DNA from: an uncultured Trueperaceae bacterium
Lineage (GTDB): Bacteria > Deinococcota > Deinococci > Deinococcales > Trueperaceae
Reading direction: 5' to 3'
Assembly (NCBI GenBank): GCA_963727505.1
Contig: CAVSGP010000004.1
Coordinates: forward strand, 576,001-640,000
Length of the DNA stretch: 64,000 bases
The translations under genes were made by a program, and so were the position numbers. Positions 51,785-61,290 of the stretch are shown here, piece after piece; within the stretch, counting starts at the first letter, position 1; the number at the start of each line of letters is the position of its first letter. The notes below the pieces were generated by a model. It was not told where the DNA came from. It saw nothing but the letters and a program-made list of their open reading frames with translations, and did not search any database.

Positions 51785-51921
51785 GCGCCCATGATGCACC
51801 CGTGCGATCCGGGCCTCCCCCCTAACGGCTACCTTCTGCCTCCACGAGCGAAGGTGGGCCCCATGTCACATCGGGGGCGCTGCAGTCCTGGTCCCGAACG
51901 AGCATCTGCTCCCGAACGAGA

Positions 51922-51949
51922 AGAAGCCCCGCCGATCGGCGGGGCTTCT
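51922..51949 (-). terminator. Terminator after the tRNA cluster
   Basis: AGAAGCCCCGCCGA/TCGGCGGGGCTTCT followed by a pyrimidine run on the minus strand. Confidence 0.75.
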
Positions 51950-51954
51950 CACTG

Positions 51955-52031
<77 letters not shown>

Positions 52032-52056
52032 GCGCGTCGTGAACGCGGGAGCTGCT

Positions 52057-52149
52057 TGGCGGAGAGGGAGGGATTCGAACCCTCGATGGAGGTTTTGCCC
52101 CCATACTCCCTTAGCAGGGGAGCGCCTTCAGCCGCTCGGCCACCTCTCC
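52057..52149 (-). tRNA. tRNA-Ser(GCT)
   Basis: GGAGAGG acceptor, CTCCC-CTGCTAA-GGGAG, long variable arm, CCA. Confidence 0.96.
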
Positions 52150-52172
52150 CGATTGTGCTCCGACCGGACTCT

Positions 52173-52262
52173 TGGCGGAGGGTGAGGGATTCGAACCCCC
52201 GGACGGGTCGCCCCGTCAACGGTTTTCAAGACCGCCGCTTTCAACCACTCAGCCAACCCTCC
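52173..52262 (-). tRNA. tRNA-Ser(TGA)
   Basis: GGAGGGT acceptor, GCGGT-CTTGAAA-ACCGT, long variable arm, CCA. Confidence 0.96.
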
Positions 52263-52346
52263 GGTCAGCGGCAGCTTGCGGCCGAACCCTCCGGACGGCG
52301 CCGCGAAGGCAACCCTCCAGGACCGGCCGTCCGGTCAGCGTCGGGT

Positions 52347-52376
52347 AGTATACCCACCCCTCTTTCCCGCTGTCAA
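52347..52376 (-). promoter_or_regulatory. Sigma-A promoter of the Ser-Ser-Arg tRNA operon
   Basis: TTGACA-N18-TATACT; the -35 overlaps the upstream gene's stop codon. Confidence 0.8.
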
Positions 52377-53170
52377 CGCTCTTCCTTGCGCCCGGGGAGC
52401 CGCTCCGGCGGCTGCTCGGCCGCCCACATCACCTGGCTCACCAGGCCGCGCAACGCCGCCACCTCGCGCGGCGTGAGGGCGACCCGGTCGAACATCCCCC
52501 GGTAGACGCGGAGGATCGCCCGTTCGCGCTGCGCGTCGGTGTAGCCGATGCGGTGGAACGCCTCCACGAGCTGCCCGTAGAAGCGCTCGAGCTGCTCCCG
52601 CGGCGCCCGCTCGACGGTCGCAGGTACGGCTGCGGGCACGGCCCCGGGCGCCGCCGCGGGCACGGTCTCGCCCGCCCCCATGGCATCGGACACGGGTGCG
52701 GCGTGGCGCGCCAGGTGCACCTCGCACGCGACCAGCAGCACCGCCTGGGCCAGGTTGAGCGAGGCGTACGCGGCGGTCGGGATCGACACGTAGCCCTGGC
52801 ACACGTTCAGGTCCTCGTTGCTGAGGCCGTGGTCCTCGGGCCCGAACAGCACCGCCACGCCGTCGTCGAGCAGGTGCGGCGCCGCCTGGCGGGGCGACCA
52901 GGTAGGCAGGGTGTCCGTTCCCCGCAGCCGCGCGCTGGTCCCGAGCACGAAGCGGCGGTCGGCGATGGCCTCCTCCACCGTGTCCACCACCCGGGCCGCC
53001 TCCAGCACGTCGACGGCGTGCGAGGCGAGTGCGCGGGCGCGGTCGTCGATCTTGCAGCGCGGAGCGACCAGCACCAGTTCCCCGAGACCGAAGTTCTTCA
53101 TGGCGCGGGCGGAGGCGCCGACGTTGGCGGAGTCCTTGCTGCGGACCAGGACGATGCGGGGTTCTGCCAC
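52373..53170 (-). CDS. trmJ: TrmJ/LasT family RNA methyltransferase
   Basis: NVGASARAMKNFG, GTSAR, FGPEDHGLSN, SLNLAQAV. Confidence 0.88.
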   Translation of the reverse strand: MAEPRIVLVRSKDSANVGASARAMKNFGLGELVLVAPRCKIDDRARALASHAVDVLEAARVVDTVEEAIADRRFVLGTSARLRGTDTLPTWSPRQAAPHLLDDGVAVLFGPEDHGLSNEDLNVCQGYVSIPTAAYASLNLAQAVLLVACEVHLARHAAPVSDAMGAGETVPAAAPGAVPAAVPATVERAPREQLERFYGQLVEAFHRIGYTDAQRERAILRVYRGMFDRVALTPREVAALRGLVSQVMWAAEQPPERLPGRKEER

Positions 53171-53292
53171 GCACCAAGCTATCAGGGTCGCGTACGGCGC
53201 AGCGGCGTGGTCCGCCGCATCCGGTCGGCGTCGAAGCCGGAAATCGTCGTTGGGGACAAGGTTGCATGCCTCCTCCGTGCTAGCGTGGACGC

Positions 53293-53877
53293 ATGAACCG
53301 CCGGTTCTTCTCCAAGCGCCCCGACGACGAGCGCCTGCCGCCGGGGCAGAGCCTCGTCAGGGGCTTCCCGGTACTGACCTACGGGCCCACCCCGCGCCTC
53401 GCCAGGCAGGAACTGAAGCTCACCGTCAGCGGCCTGGCGAAGGCTCGCACGTTCGGTTGGGACGAACTCATGGCGCTTCCGCAGACCGACGTTCGCCGCG
53501 ACTTCCACTGCGTCACCCGGTGGTCGAAGTACGACGTGGGGTGGACGGGCGTACTCACGCGCGACCTGATGGAGCAGCTGGAGGTCGACGGCGCGGCCAC
53601 CCACGTGATGCTGCGCTGCTACGGCGGCTACAGCACCAACCTCGGCCTGGAGGACTTCCTGGCCGACGGCTGCCTCCTCGCCCACCGCCTCGAGGGCGAG
53701 GATCTCGCCGTCGAACACGGTGGACCTCTTCGCGCCATCGTCCCCCACCTGTACGCCTGGAAGAGCGCCAAGTGGCTCTCCGAACTGCACTTCATGGACC
53801 AGAACGTACCCGGCTTCTGGGAACGCAACGGCTACCACACGCGGGGCGACCCGTTCGCGGAGGAGCGCTTCAGCTGA
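53293..53877 (+). CDS. Sulfite oxidase-like molybdopterin oxidoreductase
   Basis: LPPGQ, DFHCVTRWS, EHGGPLR, YAWKSAKW, GFWERNGYH. Confidence 0.9.
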   Translation: MNRRFFSKRPDDERLPPGQSLVRGFPVLTYGPTPRLARQELKLTVSGLAKARTFGWDELMALPQTDVRRDFHCVTRWSKYDVGWTGVLTRDLMEQLEVDGAATHVMLRCYGGYSTNLGLEDFLADGCLLAHRLEGEDLAVEHGGPLRAIVPHLYAWKSAKWLSELHFMDQNVPGFWERNGYHTRGDPFAEERFS

Positions 53878-53969
53878 CGACGGCTCGAGCACCGACCCCG
53901 CCGAGCCACGAAGAGCGGGCGCCGTTCTCATCGAACGGCGCCCGTGATCGCACATCTCACACTTGAACG

Positions 53970-54251
53970 TCAGGAACTCGGTTGACTTTCCTTGATCGCA
54001 TTGAGGTGACGTGCCAGGCGCGCCTTCTTGCGCGCGGCGGTGTTCTTGTGGACCGTGGACACCTTGGTGGCCTTGTCGACCAGGCTCTGCACGACCTTCT
54101 GGTACTTGGCCGCGGCCTCGAAGTCGCCGGACTCGGCCGCCGCCACCGCCTTCTTGGTGAAGGTACGGATGGTGCTCTTGCGCGCCCGGTTGGCGAGCCG
54201 GGCCTTCTCGGACTGGCGATGGTACTTCATCGCGGACGGGTTCCTGGCCAT
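53970..54251 (-). CDS. rpsT: 30S ribosomal protein S20
   Basis: SAMK..RQSEKAR..NRARKS, HKNTAARKKARL; AAGGAG RBS. Confidence 0.95.
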   Translation of the reverse strand: MARNPSAMKYHRQSEKARLANRARKSTIRTFTKKAVAAAESGDFEAAAKYQKVVQSLVDKATKVSTVHKNTAARKKARLARHLNAIKESQPSS

Positions 54252-54342
54252 GGTTCTCCTTCGAGTCTCTCCAGGCGCGCCCTTCCAGGCGCGCGGACTG
54301 ATGTCACGACGAACGGTCCGGTACGGGACCGGCAGCCTTTGA

Positions 54343-54371
54343 ATGCTAGCACGACGTGGCGTCCATGGCAA
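54343..54371 (-). promoter_or_regulatory. Sigma-A promoter of rpsT
   Basis: TTGCCA-N17-TAGCAT. Confidence 0.7.
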
Positions 54372-54504
54372 CGGGACGTTTCCCGTCCCGGGCGTGACGT
54401 GTCGCTGCAGACGACGCTGCAGGCGTCGGCGGCGTAGAATGCCAAGGCTAAGTCCGCACGGTCTTGAGGTCCTCTCGGCCGGTGGTGAGCCAGGAGGGAT
54501 CCCT

Positions 54505-55926
54505 TTGAGTTTCGAACCCTATAACCTCGATGCCCGCATCCAGGCGGGCATCCGAGCAGCAGGCTACGTGAACCCCACCCCCATCCAGGAGCGTGCGCTG
54601 CCGCCCGCGCTCGCGGGACGCGACGTGCTGGGCCTGGCCCAGACCGGCACCGGTAAGACCGCCGGCTTCGTCCTCCCTATCCTCCAGCGTCTGCTGGACG
54701 GCCCCCGTGGCCGGTTGCGCGCGCTGATCGTGGCGCCCACCCGGGAGCTGGCCGAGCAGATCCACGTCGAGATCGGCAAGCTCGGCAAGAAGACCGGCCT
54801 GCGCAGCGCCACCATCTACGGCGGTGTCGGCTTCGCCCAACAGGAGGCCGCGCTGCGCGGCCGTGCCGAGATCGTGGTGGTGTGCCCAGGCCGCTTCCTC
54901 GATCACCTGGGCCGGGGCAACGCCGACCTTCGCGCGCTCGAGGTGGTCGTGCTCGACGAGGCCGACCATCTACTCGACATGGGCTTCCTGCCCGACGTCC
55001 GGCGCATCCTTGCGAAGGTGCCGGATGGTGCCCAGCGCATGCTCTTCTCCGCCACCATGCCGAGCGAGCTGCGCGGGCTGGTGAACGACATGCTCGACGA
55101 CCCCATCACGGTGGAGGTCGGCCGCCGCGAGCCCGCCAAGACCGTTGAGCAGGCACTCTACCCGGTGCTCGGCACCGAGAAGACCGAGCTGCTCAGGCAC
55201 GTCCTGCGCGAGCACGACCCGCGCTCCGCGCTGGTGTTCACGCGCACCAAGCACCGCGCGAAGAAGCTCGCGGCGCAGCTCGATCGCGAGAACCACTTCG
55301 TGACCGCGATCCAGGGCAACCTGTCGCAGAACAAGCGCCAGAAGGCGTTGGACGGGTTCCGCGACGGGCACTACCACATCCTCGTCGCGACCGACATCGC
55401 CGCCCGCGGCATCGATGTCTCGCTCATCTCGCATGTCATCAACTACGACATGCCGGACACCGTGGAGGCGTACATCCACCGCATCGGCCGCACCGGCCGC
55501 ATGGAGCACAGCGGCCAGGCGCTCACCTTCGTGACACCGGACGATGGCGCCATGGTCCGTGCCATCGAGAAGCGCCTGGGTCGTCGCATCGACCGCGTGC
55601 GGATCGACGGCTACGGCGCGGGCAGCGACGCGGTCCAGGCGGACGAACCCGATGCCCGGGGCCAACGCCCCGCCAAGCGCTCGGGCGGCAGGCCGTCCGG
55701 CAACGGCTCGCGTAACGGCTCGCGTAACGGCTCGGGCAACGGCTCGGGCACGCGCGCCGGCAACAGCGCCCGCAACAACGCGGGCAACAACGCCGGTAAC
55801 AGCACGGTTGACAGAACCGCGAACAACCCCGGGGGCGGTCCGCGGCGTCGCCGCGGTCGTCGCCGCGGGCGCGGCGGATCGCAACAGGGCTCGTCGACCT
55901 CCGGAGGGGGTCCGCGAGAGCGCTGA
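54505..55926 (+). CDS. DEAD-box RNA helicase (RhlE-like)
   Basis: Q motif, AQTGTGKT, PTRELA, DEAD, SAT, ARGID, HRIGRTGR; AGGAGG RBS with TTG start; Asn/Gly/Arg-rich tail. Confidence 0.95.
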   Translation: MSFEPYNLDARIQAGIRAAGYVNPTPIQERALPPALAGRDVLGLAQTGTGKTAGFVLPILQRLLDGPRGRLRALIVAPTRELAEQIHVEIGKLGKKTGLRSATIYGGVGFAQQEAALRGRAEIVVVCPGRFLDHLGRGNADLRALEVVVLDEADHLLDMGFLPDVRRILAKVPDGAQRMLFSATMPSELRGLVNDMLDDPITVEVGRREPAKTVEQALYPVLGTEKTELLRHVLREHDPRSALVFTRTKHRAKKLAAQLDRENHFVTAIQGNLSQNKRQKALDGFRDGHYHILVATDIAARGIDVSLISHVINYDMPDTVEAYIHRIGRTGRMEHSGQALTFVTPDDGAMVRAIEKRLGRRIDRVRIDGYGAGSDAVQADEPDARGQRPAKRSGGRPSGNGSRNGSRNGSGNGSGTRAGNSARNNAGNNAGNSTVDRTANNPGGGPRRRRGRRRGRGGSQQGSSTSGGGPRER

Positions 55927-56175
55927 TCGCGCAGTTGCGGGAAGCTGCGGGCTGCAGCGGACATCATGAACTCCGAGGGGGCGCCGACGGCGCCCCCTTC
56001 CTCGTAGACGACCACCGGGCCCATCTACCCGGGTGCGCGCGCGCTGCGACACGTCGGTTGTCACGCGCCGAGCGGACCAGGGCCGCGACCCACGATCGGC
56101 ATCGCCACGATGCCCTATCATGACTCCATGGCCCATCTGGTCACTGCGTCATGTCCGTCGCGGGCGGCCTGAGCC

Positions 56176-56787
56176 GTGCCGCGCACCTTCTCCAAGACCG
56201 ATCGGGAGGTCATCCGCCAGGCGCTCGCCGATGCCGGAAGGGAGAGCTTCTTGCGCTTCGGGCTGCGCAAGACGAGCGTGGAACAGCTCACCCACACGGT
56301 GGGCATCGCCAAGGGCAGCTTCTACAGCTTCTTCGATTCCAAGGAAGATCTGTGCGCAGCGATCTTCGAGCAGGAGGAGGCGCAGCGCTACGACGCGCTC
56401 GACGCGATCCTTGCGAAGTCCTCCGATCCGCGCCAGACCCTGCGATCGCTGATGCGGCTCGCCCTGGACTTCGTGCAGCGCGACTCGCTGATCGGCGCCC
56501 TTCGGGAGAGCGGAGAACTGGCGCAGATCATGCGCGGCAGGAACGAGGAACGCTGGTCGGAGCACTTCCGCCACGACACCGTCTTCGTTCGCAAGGTCCT
56601 GGAGGCATGCCGTCGCGAGGGAGCCGCGTGCGACATCGACCCGGAGATCGCCACGGGCGTCTTCCGCGCCGTCACCACGCTCGGGTTCCACGAGGCGGAG
56701 ATCGGCTCGGACGTGTTCCCGGAAGCCGTCGATCGGATCGTCGACTGGGTGGCCGAAGGGATCGCCGGGGGGAAGGTACAGCCATGA
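56176..56787 (+). CDS. TetR/AcrR family regulator
   Basis: FGLRKTSVEQLT..VGIAKGSFYSFFDSKEDL. Confidence 0.92.
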   Translation: MPRTFSKTDREVIRQALADAGRESFLRFGLRKTSVEQLTHTVGIAKGSFYSFFDSKEDLCAAIFEQEEAQRYDALDAILAKSSDPRQTLRSLMRLALDFVQRDSLIGALRESGELAQIMRGRNEERWSEHFRHDTVFVRKVLEACRREGAACDIDPEIATGVFRAVTTLGFHEAEIGSDVFPEAVDRIVDWVAEGIAGGKVQP

Positions 56788-57746
56788 GCGGAACCGCGGC
56801 CGCGCGGCGTCGCTCCGATGCGACGCCGGCCCCATCGGCAGAGACGGCGGCGATCCTCACGCAGGAGCTCACCAAGCGCTTCGGTGATGTCATGGCGGTG
56901 GACACGCTGTCCATGTCGATCGCCCGCGGGGAGATCTACGGCTTCCTGGGCCGCAACGGCGCCGGCAAGACCACCACCATCCGGATGCTGGTGGGTCTCG
57001 TGCGTCCGACGCGCGGGAGCGTGGCGATCTTCGGACGCGATGTGGCCCAGCACCGCAGGCGGACCGTCGAAGACGTCGGCGTGCTGGTGGAGACGGCCAC
57101 GTCTTACGGCAATCTCACGGTGCTCGAGAACCTGGAGATCCAGCGTCGCCTCACCCGCTCGCCTCGGGAAGCGATCGACCGGGTGGTGGCGCTCCTGGAC
57201 CTGGAGGAGCTCGTCGACCGCCGCGCCGACCGCCTGTCGCTGGGGAACAAGCAACGGCTCGGCGTCGCCCGCGCCATGCTCGCCCGACCGAAGATCCTCG
57301 TCCTGGACGAGCCCGTCAACGGGCTCGATCCGGTGGGCATCGTGGAGATCCGTCATCTGCTGCGTCGTCTGGCAGACGACGAGGGCGTGACCGTGTTCCT
57401 GTCGAGCCACAACCTCGGCGAGGTCGCGCAGCTCGTGGACCGGATCGGGATCATCCATCGCGGGCGCCTCGTCGAAGAGGTCGACATGAGCGCGGCCTCC
57501 GGCGAGGTGCGTATCGAGATCGTCGTGTCGGACGCGGCGGCGGCACGCGGGGCGCTCGCATCGCAGTGGCCGCGCGTCGGGGTCCGCGATCTGGGGCCGG
57601 ACAGGCTGGAGGCGGCGTGCGGCGACGTCGCGCCCTCGGCCGTGATCCGAACGCTGGTCGAAGCGGGGATCGAGGTCGGCGCCGCCTGTCCGCTGCGCAA
57701 CGACCTCGAGACGCACTTCCTGCGCCTGACGGGAGAGGAGCCATGA
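56784..57746 (+). CDS. ABC transporter ATP-binding protein (BcrA/LanF-like)
   Basis: GRNGAGKTT, LSLGNKQRLG, LDEPVNGLDP, SSH. Confidence 0.9.
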   Translation: MSGTAAARRRSDATPAPSAETAAILTQELTKRFGDVMAVDTLSMSIARGEIYGFLGRNGAGKTTTIRMLVGLVRPTRGSVAIFGRDVAQHRRRTVEDVGVLVETATSYGNLTVLENLEIQRRLTRSPREAIDRVVALLDLEELVDRRADRLSLGNKQRLGVARAMLARPKILVLDEPVNGLDPVGIVEIRHLLRRLADDEGVTVFLSSHNLGEVAQLVDRIGIIHRGRLVEEVDMSAASGEVRIEIVVSDAAAARGALASQWPRVGVRDLGPDRLEAACGDVAPSAVIRTLVEAGIEVGAACPLRNDLETHFLRLTGEEP

Positions 57747-58522
57747 TGCTGCTGCAGGCGATCTACTGCGAGCTTCTCAAGCTCAAGCGCGCGCGGATCA
57801 CCTGGATCGTGGCCGCGGTCTACCTGTTCGCGTCGCTGATGCTGGGGCTCATGATGGTCGTGCTGATGCACCCCGATGTCGGCCGCAGCATGGGGCTCCT
57901 TACGGCCAAGGCGCAGCTCACCATCGGCGTCGCCAACTGGACCACCTACCTCACCACCATCGCCGCCCTGATCGCCGGCGGTTTGATCGTCCTGGCGGTG
58001 GTCGAGGCGTTCGTGTTCGGACGCGAGTACGCCGAAGCCACGGCCAAGAACCTGCTGACGCTGCCGGTCGGCCGCGCGACCCTCGTCGCCGCGAAGCTCG
58101 CGGTGTCGGCCGTCTGGTTCGTGGCCATGGCCGCCGTCGTGTACGCGGTGGCTCTCGCTATCGGATTCGCGATCGGCCTACCGGGCTACCAAGGAGCCCT
58201 GCTCGCCAGCAGCGCCGGTACCGTCGCCATGCTGGTGCTGCAGGTCCTGCTCGCGGGCGCCGCCGGCGCGTGGCTCGCCGTCGTCGGCCGCGGCTACCTT
58301 GCGCCGATCGGCGTGACGGTCCTTCTCCTCCTCATCGGGAACCTCTTCGCCCACACCGGCTGGGGCCCCTGGATCCCCTGGTCGATCGTGCTCATGACCG
58401 CCGGTACGGTACCCGGCGGGGCCCCCATCGGCGCAGCGTCGATGGCGATCCTCGTGATCTTCTTCGTGGTAGCGGCGTTCGCGACCTACCTCGCCATGGA
58501 CCGCTCGGACAACACGCAGTAG
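57743..58522 (+). CDS. ABC-2 type permease (BcrB/LanE-like)
   Basis: ELLKLKR, FGREY...KNLLTLP, about 6 TM, PW motif. Confidence 0.88.
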   Translation: MMLLQAIYCELLKLKRARITWIVAAVYLFASLMLGLMMVVLMHPDVGRSMGLLTAKAQLTIGVANWTTYLTTIAALIAGGLIVLAVVEAFVFGREYAEATAKNLLTLPVGRATLVAAKLAVSAVWFVAMAAVVYAVALAIGFAIGLPGYQGALLASSAGTVAMLVLQVLLAGAAGAWLAVVGRGYLAPIGVTVLLLLIGNLFAHTGWGPWIPWSIVLMTAGTVPGGAPIGAASMAILVIFFVVAAFATYLAMDRSDNTQ

Positions 58523-58591
58523 CGCCCGCGGACAGCTCGAGGCGGCCGTGACGAGATGGCCGGTCGGGCACCGAGACAGGTCGTCGCCGAG

Positions 58592-59296
58592 CTACTCCGC
58601 AAGCTCGACCGCGATAGTGTCGATGGGATCGAGCGCGTACCGGACCTGCGTGGGGCCTTCCGCGCGGATCGGCGGGATGATCGAGCCGGTGATGACGACC
58701 TCGCCCTCCCGCAGCGTCTCCCCCATCGACGCGAGAAGGTTCGCGACGTGCATGACGTTGGCGAGCAGGTCGCCGGGGGCAGCCTGGAGATCGTCGACGG
58801 TGCCGAGCGGTACCCCGTCGCGCTCGACCCTGCCGACAAGGCCCTCGAGGTTGCCGCCCGCACGCGTCCGGTCGCGACGGCCGAGGACGACGTGCCGCTG
58901 GAAGACGTCGGCGGCGAGGATGGCCTCCACGTTGTCCGGCGCGAAGCTCAGATCGGCGAGTTCGATCGCGGGCCCGAGAGCGCCGATCGCGTCGCTCACC
59001 GTTCGGCGATCGGTGGTCGCCGGCAGGTCACGGCCCATGGTCACGGCGATCTCCGGCTCGATGACGGGGTTCGTCCAGCCGGCGATGGACACGCGGGCAC
59101 CCGGGTCCACCTCCGCCCCATGCAGCAGGAACCCGACCAGGGGAGCGTCCGTACCGAGCCCCTCCATCGCCGACGGCGTCCCGAAGCCGAGCTTCCAGCC
59201 GAGCGGCGCGTCGCCGCCGGCGAGGCGAGAGCGCCGCAGCCCCAGCTGGCGCTTCATGCCGGCCACGATGCGGGGGTCCTGCGCAGCGGCGCTCAC
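58592..59296 (-). CDS. 2-keto-4-pentenoate hydratase / FAA hydrolase family
   Basis: GWKLGF, IEPEIA, PAIELAD, VITGS; GTG overlaps the cupin stop. Confidence 0.8.
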   Translation of the reverse strand: MSAAAQDPRIVAGMKRQLGLRRSRLAGGDAPLGWKLGFGTPSAMEGLGTDAPLVGFLLHGAEVDPGARVSIAGWTNPVIEPEIAVTMGRDLPATTDRRTVSDAIGALGPAIELADLSFAPDNVEAILAADVFQRHVVLGRRDRTRAGGNLEGLVGRVERDGVPLGTVDDLQAAPGDLLANVMHVANLLASMGETLREGEVVITGSIIPPIRAEGPTQVRYALDPIDTIAVELAE

Positions 59297-59733
59297 CGGC
59301 CGGACCCGCGCGGCGGCAACGCGCCATCCGACCCTTCGTCGCCGCCCGCGACCTCGTAGCCGGCAGCCTCGAGCGACCCCGCCCCGCTCCATCCCCAGAC
59401 GAGGACGACGTCTTCGTCGGTCGTGTTGTCGAAGCCGTGCCAGTGGCCCCGTTCGGTGTACACCACGTCCCCCTGGCCGGCGGGCTCCTCGCCCTCGTCG
59501 GTGTAGATGACGCCGCTCCCCTCCAGCACGAGCAAGAACTCGTCGGCATGGAAGTGGCGGTGCCGCTCGTGGCGCGCGCCGGGCGGCAACACCGTCCAGC
59601 CGAGCACGAGCTTGTCCGATCCCGCGCTCTTCTGGTCGAGGAGGAACTGCACCTGCATGTCGATCCAGCCCTCGTCGCGCGACAGCCCCTCGACGTGGGG
59701 CACCTCGTCCCGATTCGTCCGGTAGGGGCTCAC
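59293..59733 (-). CDS. Cupin domain protein
   Basis: HERHRHFHADE and GHWHGFDN metal motifs. Confidence 0.85.
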   Translation of the reverse strand: MSPYRTNRDEVPHVEGLSRDEGWIDMQVQFLLDQKSAGSDKLVLGWTVLPPGARHERHRHFHADEFLLVLEGSGVIYTDEGEEPAGQGDVVYTERGHWHGFDNTTDEDVVLVWGWSGAGSLEAAGYEVAGGDEGSDGALPPRGSGR

Positions 59734-60614
59734 GACTCGGATCCTCCCAGGCGACGGTAGACCTCGTGGGCTGTGACGAAGTCGCGGCGATCCAGCCCGA
59801 GCCCGCGGCAGGCGTTCATCATCTCGTTGGCGGCCGCCGCCAGGGGCACGGGAGAGCCGAGCCTTCTACCCTGCTCCAGCACGAGCATCATGTCCTTCTG
59901 CTGGAGGTTGACGTCGGCGAGCGCCTGCTCGGGCATGTTGCCCTCCAGGATGAACGGACCCCGGTAGCCGAGCACGGGCGAGGCGGCCACGCTGCCCAGC
60001 ATCGCGTCCACCGCGACCCGCCGGTCGACGCCCCCCTTCTCCGCCAACGCGATCCCCTCGCCGAATGCGATGACCTCGACCATCAGCACGAGGTTGATGG
60101 ACAGCTTCATCTGCGCCGCCATCCCGCTCGCGCCGATGTAGGAGGCCCTGGCGCCGATGTCGAGCAGCACCGCTTCGACCCGTTCGAAGGCTTCCCTGTC
60201 GCCGCCGACCATGATGGACGCCTTCCCCTGCTCTAGCGTCACAGGGCTGCCGGAGAGCGGCGCGTCGAGCATCGTGAGCCCCTCCGCCGCGAAGGCGGCG
60301 GCCACGGCCCGGCTCTCGGCCGGGTCGATGGTGCTCATGTCGAGGTAGACGCCGTCGCTCCGGAGCCCCGACACGATCCCGGCGTCGCCGAGAGCCACGT
60401 CGCGGACCGCGGCCGCGTCCGTCACGATGGAGAAGACCACCTCCGACGCGCGGGCCACGTCCGCGGGGCTGTCGGCCCAGGCCATGCCCGCGTCGATGAG
60501 CGCCGACGCCTTCCCCTTCGTCCTGTTCCACCCGGTCACCCGGTGTCCGGCCGCGAGCAGACGCTCCACGATCCCGGCACCCATGGTCCCGATTCCGACC
60601 ATTCCGACGTTCAT
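59730..60614 (-). CDS. NAD(P)-dependent beta-hydroxyacid dehydrogenase family
   Basis: GIGTMG, DMSTI, LDAPLSGS, MKLSIN, KD. Confidence 0.9.
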   Translation of the reverse strand: MNVGMVGIGTMGAGIVERLLAAGHRVTGWNRTKGKASALIDAGMAWADSPADVARASEVVFSIVTDAAAVRDVALGDAGIVSGLRSDGVYLDMSTIDPAESRAVAAAFAAEGLTMLDAPLSGSPVTLEQGKASIMVGGDREAFERVEAVLLDIGARASYIGASGMAAQMKLSINLVLMVEVIAFGEGIALAEKGGVDRRVAVDAMLGSVAASPVLGYRGPFILEGNMPEQALADVNLQQKDMMLVLEQGRRLGSPVPLAAAANEMMNACRGLGLDRRDFVTAHEVYRRLGGSES

Positions 60615-60949
60615 GCGTGCTCCCTACATTTGCGCGTTGGACGCTATTGTATGCGTCCGACCGATCTCGGACAAGGGCCCGGTCCGCCGCCACAAGGCCA
60701 CGACTCCCACGAATTGCCTGAGAGATGGCCACCCGAAGGCTGCGCCCCCCGAGGCGCTGCCGATGTTCCGGCGAAGCCGACGACGGCAGCGACGTCGGAC
60801 TCCAGGATCGGGTCGTCGACGAGGCCCAACCCGACTTCAGCTCACCGTTGTTCGGCCGGAGACCGGCGAACCCCTTCGCCACCGTCGTCGGCGCCAACAG
60901 CAACCGTCGGTTGGGCGAGATCGTCTCAGGCCTTCCGTGCGGAATCGAA

Positions 60950-61290
60950 CGCGCCGGGGCTCTCTCGAGAGAGCGTTCCTGTGGGCGCTCCGCGGCGTCC
61001 TGCCCCCGGCCAGGGACAACCAGCGAGCGGCGGACCTCCTGGTCGAGGAGATCGGGCCGAACAACCCGTTCACACAGTGGGTGGTGGTCCGACCGGACAC
61101 GCTCCTCGAGGGCGATGTCTCGGAGTACACGTTGCACGGGGGCCTCGTGGACAGCCTCTTCAAACCCGGCAAGACGACCATGACCAACGTCGCGCACTTC
61201 ATGTGCGAGCTGGTGACGAGCCCGAGTGCGTGGGCCGACTGGAAGGGCAAGCAACCGGTGGTCGTCAACGCCCCTTCGAAGCCTGCCTGA
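60950..61290 (+). pseudogene. C-terminal remnant of an NAD(P)H-binding (atypical SDR) protein
   Basis: LERAFLWALRGVLPPARDN..WVVVRPDTL..NVAHFM..GKQPVV, with no GxxGxxG N-terminus or credible start. Confidence 0.6.
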
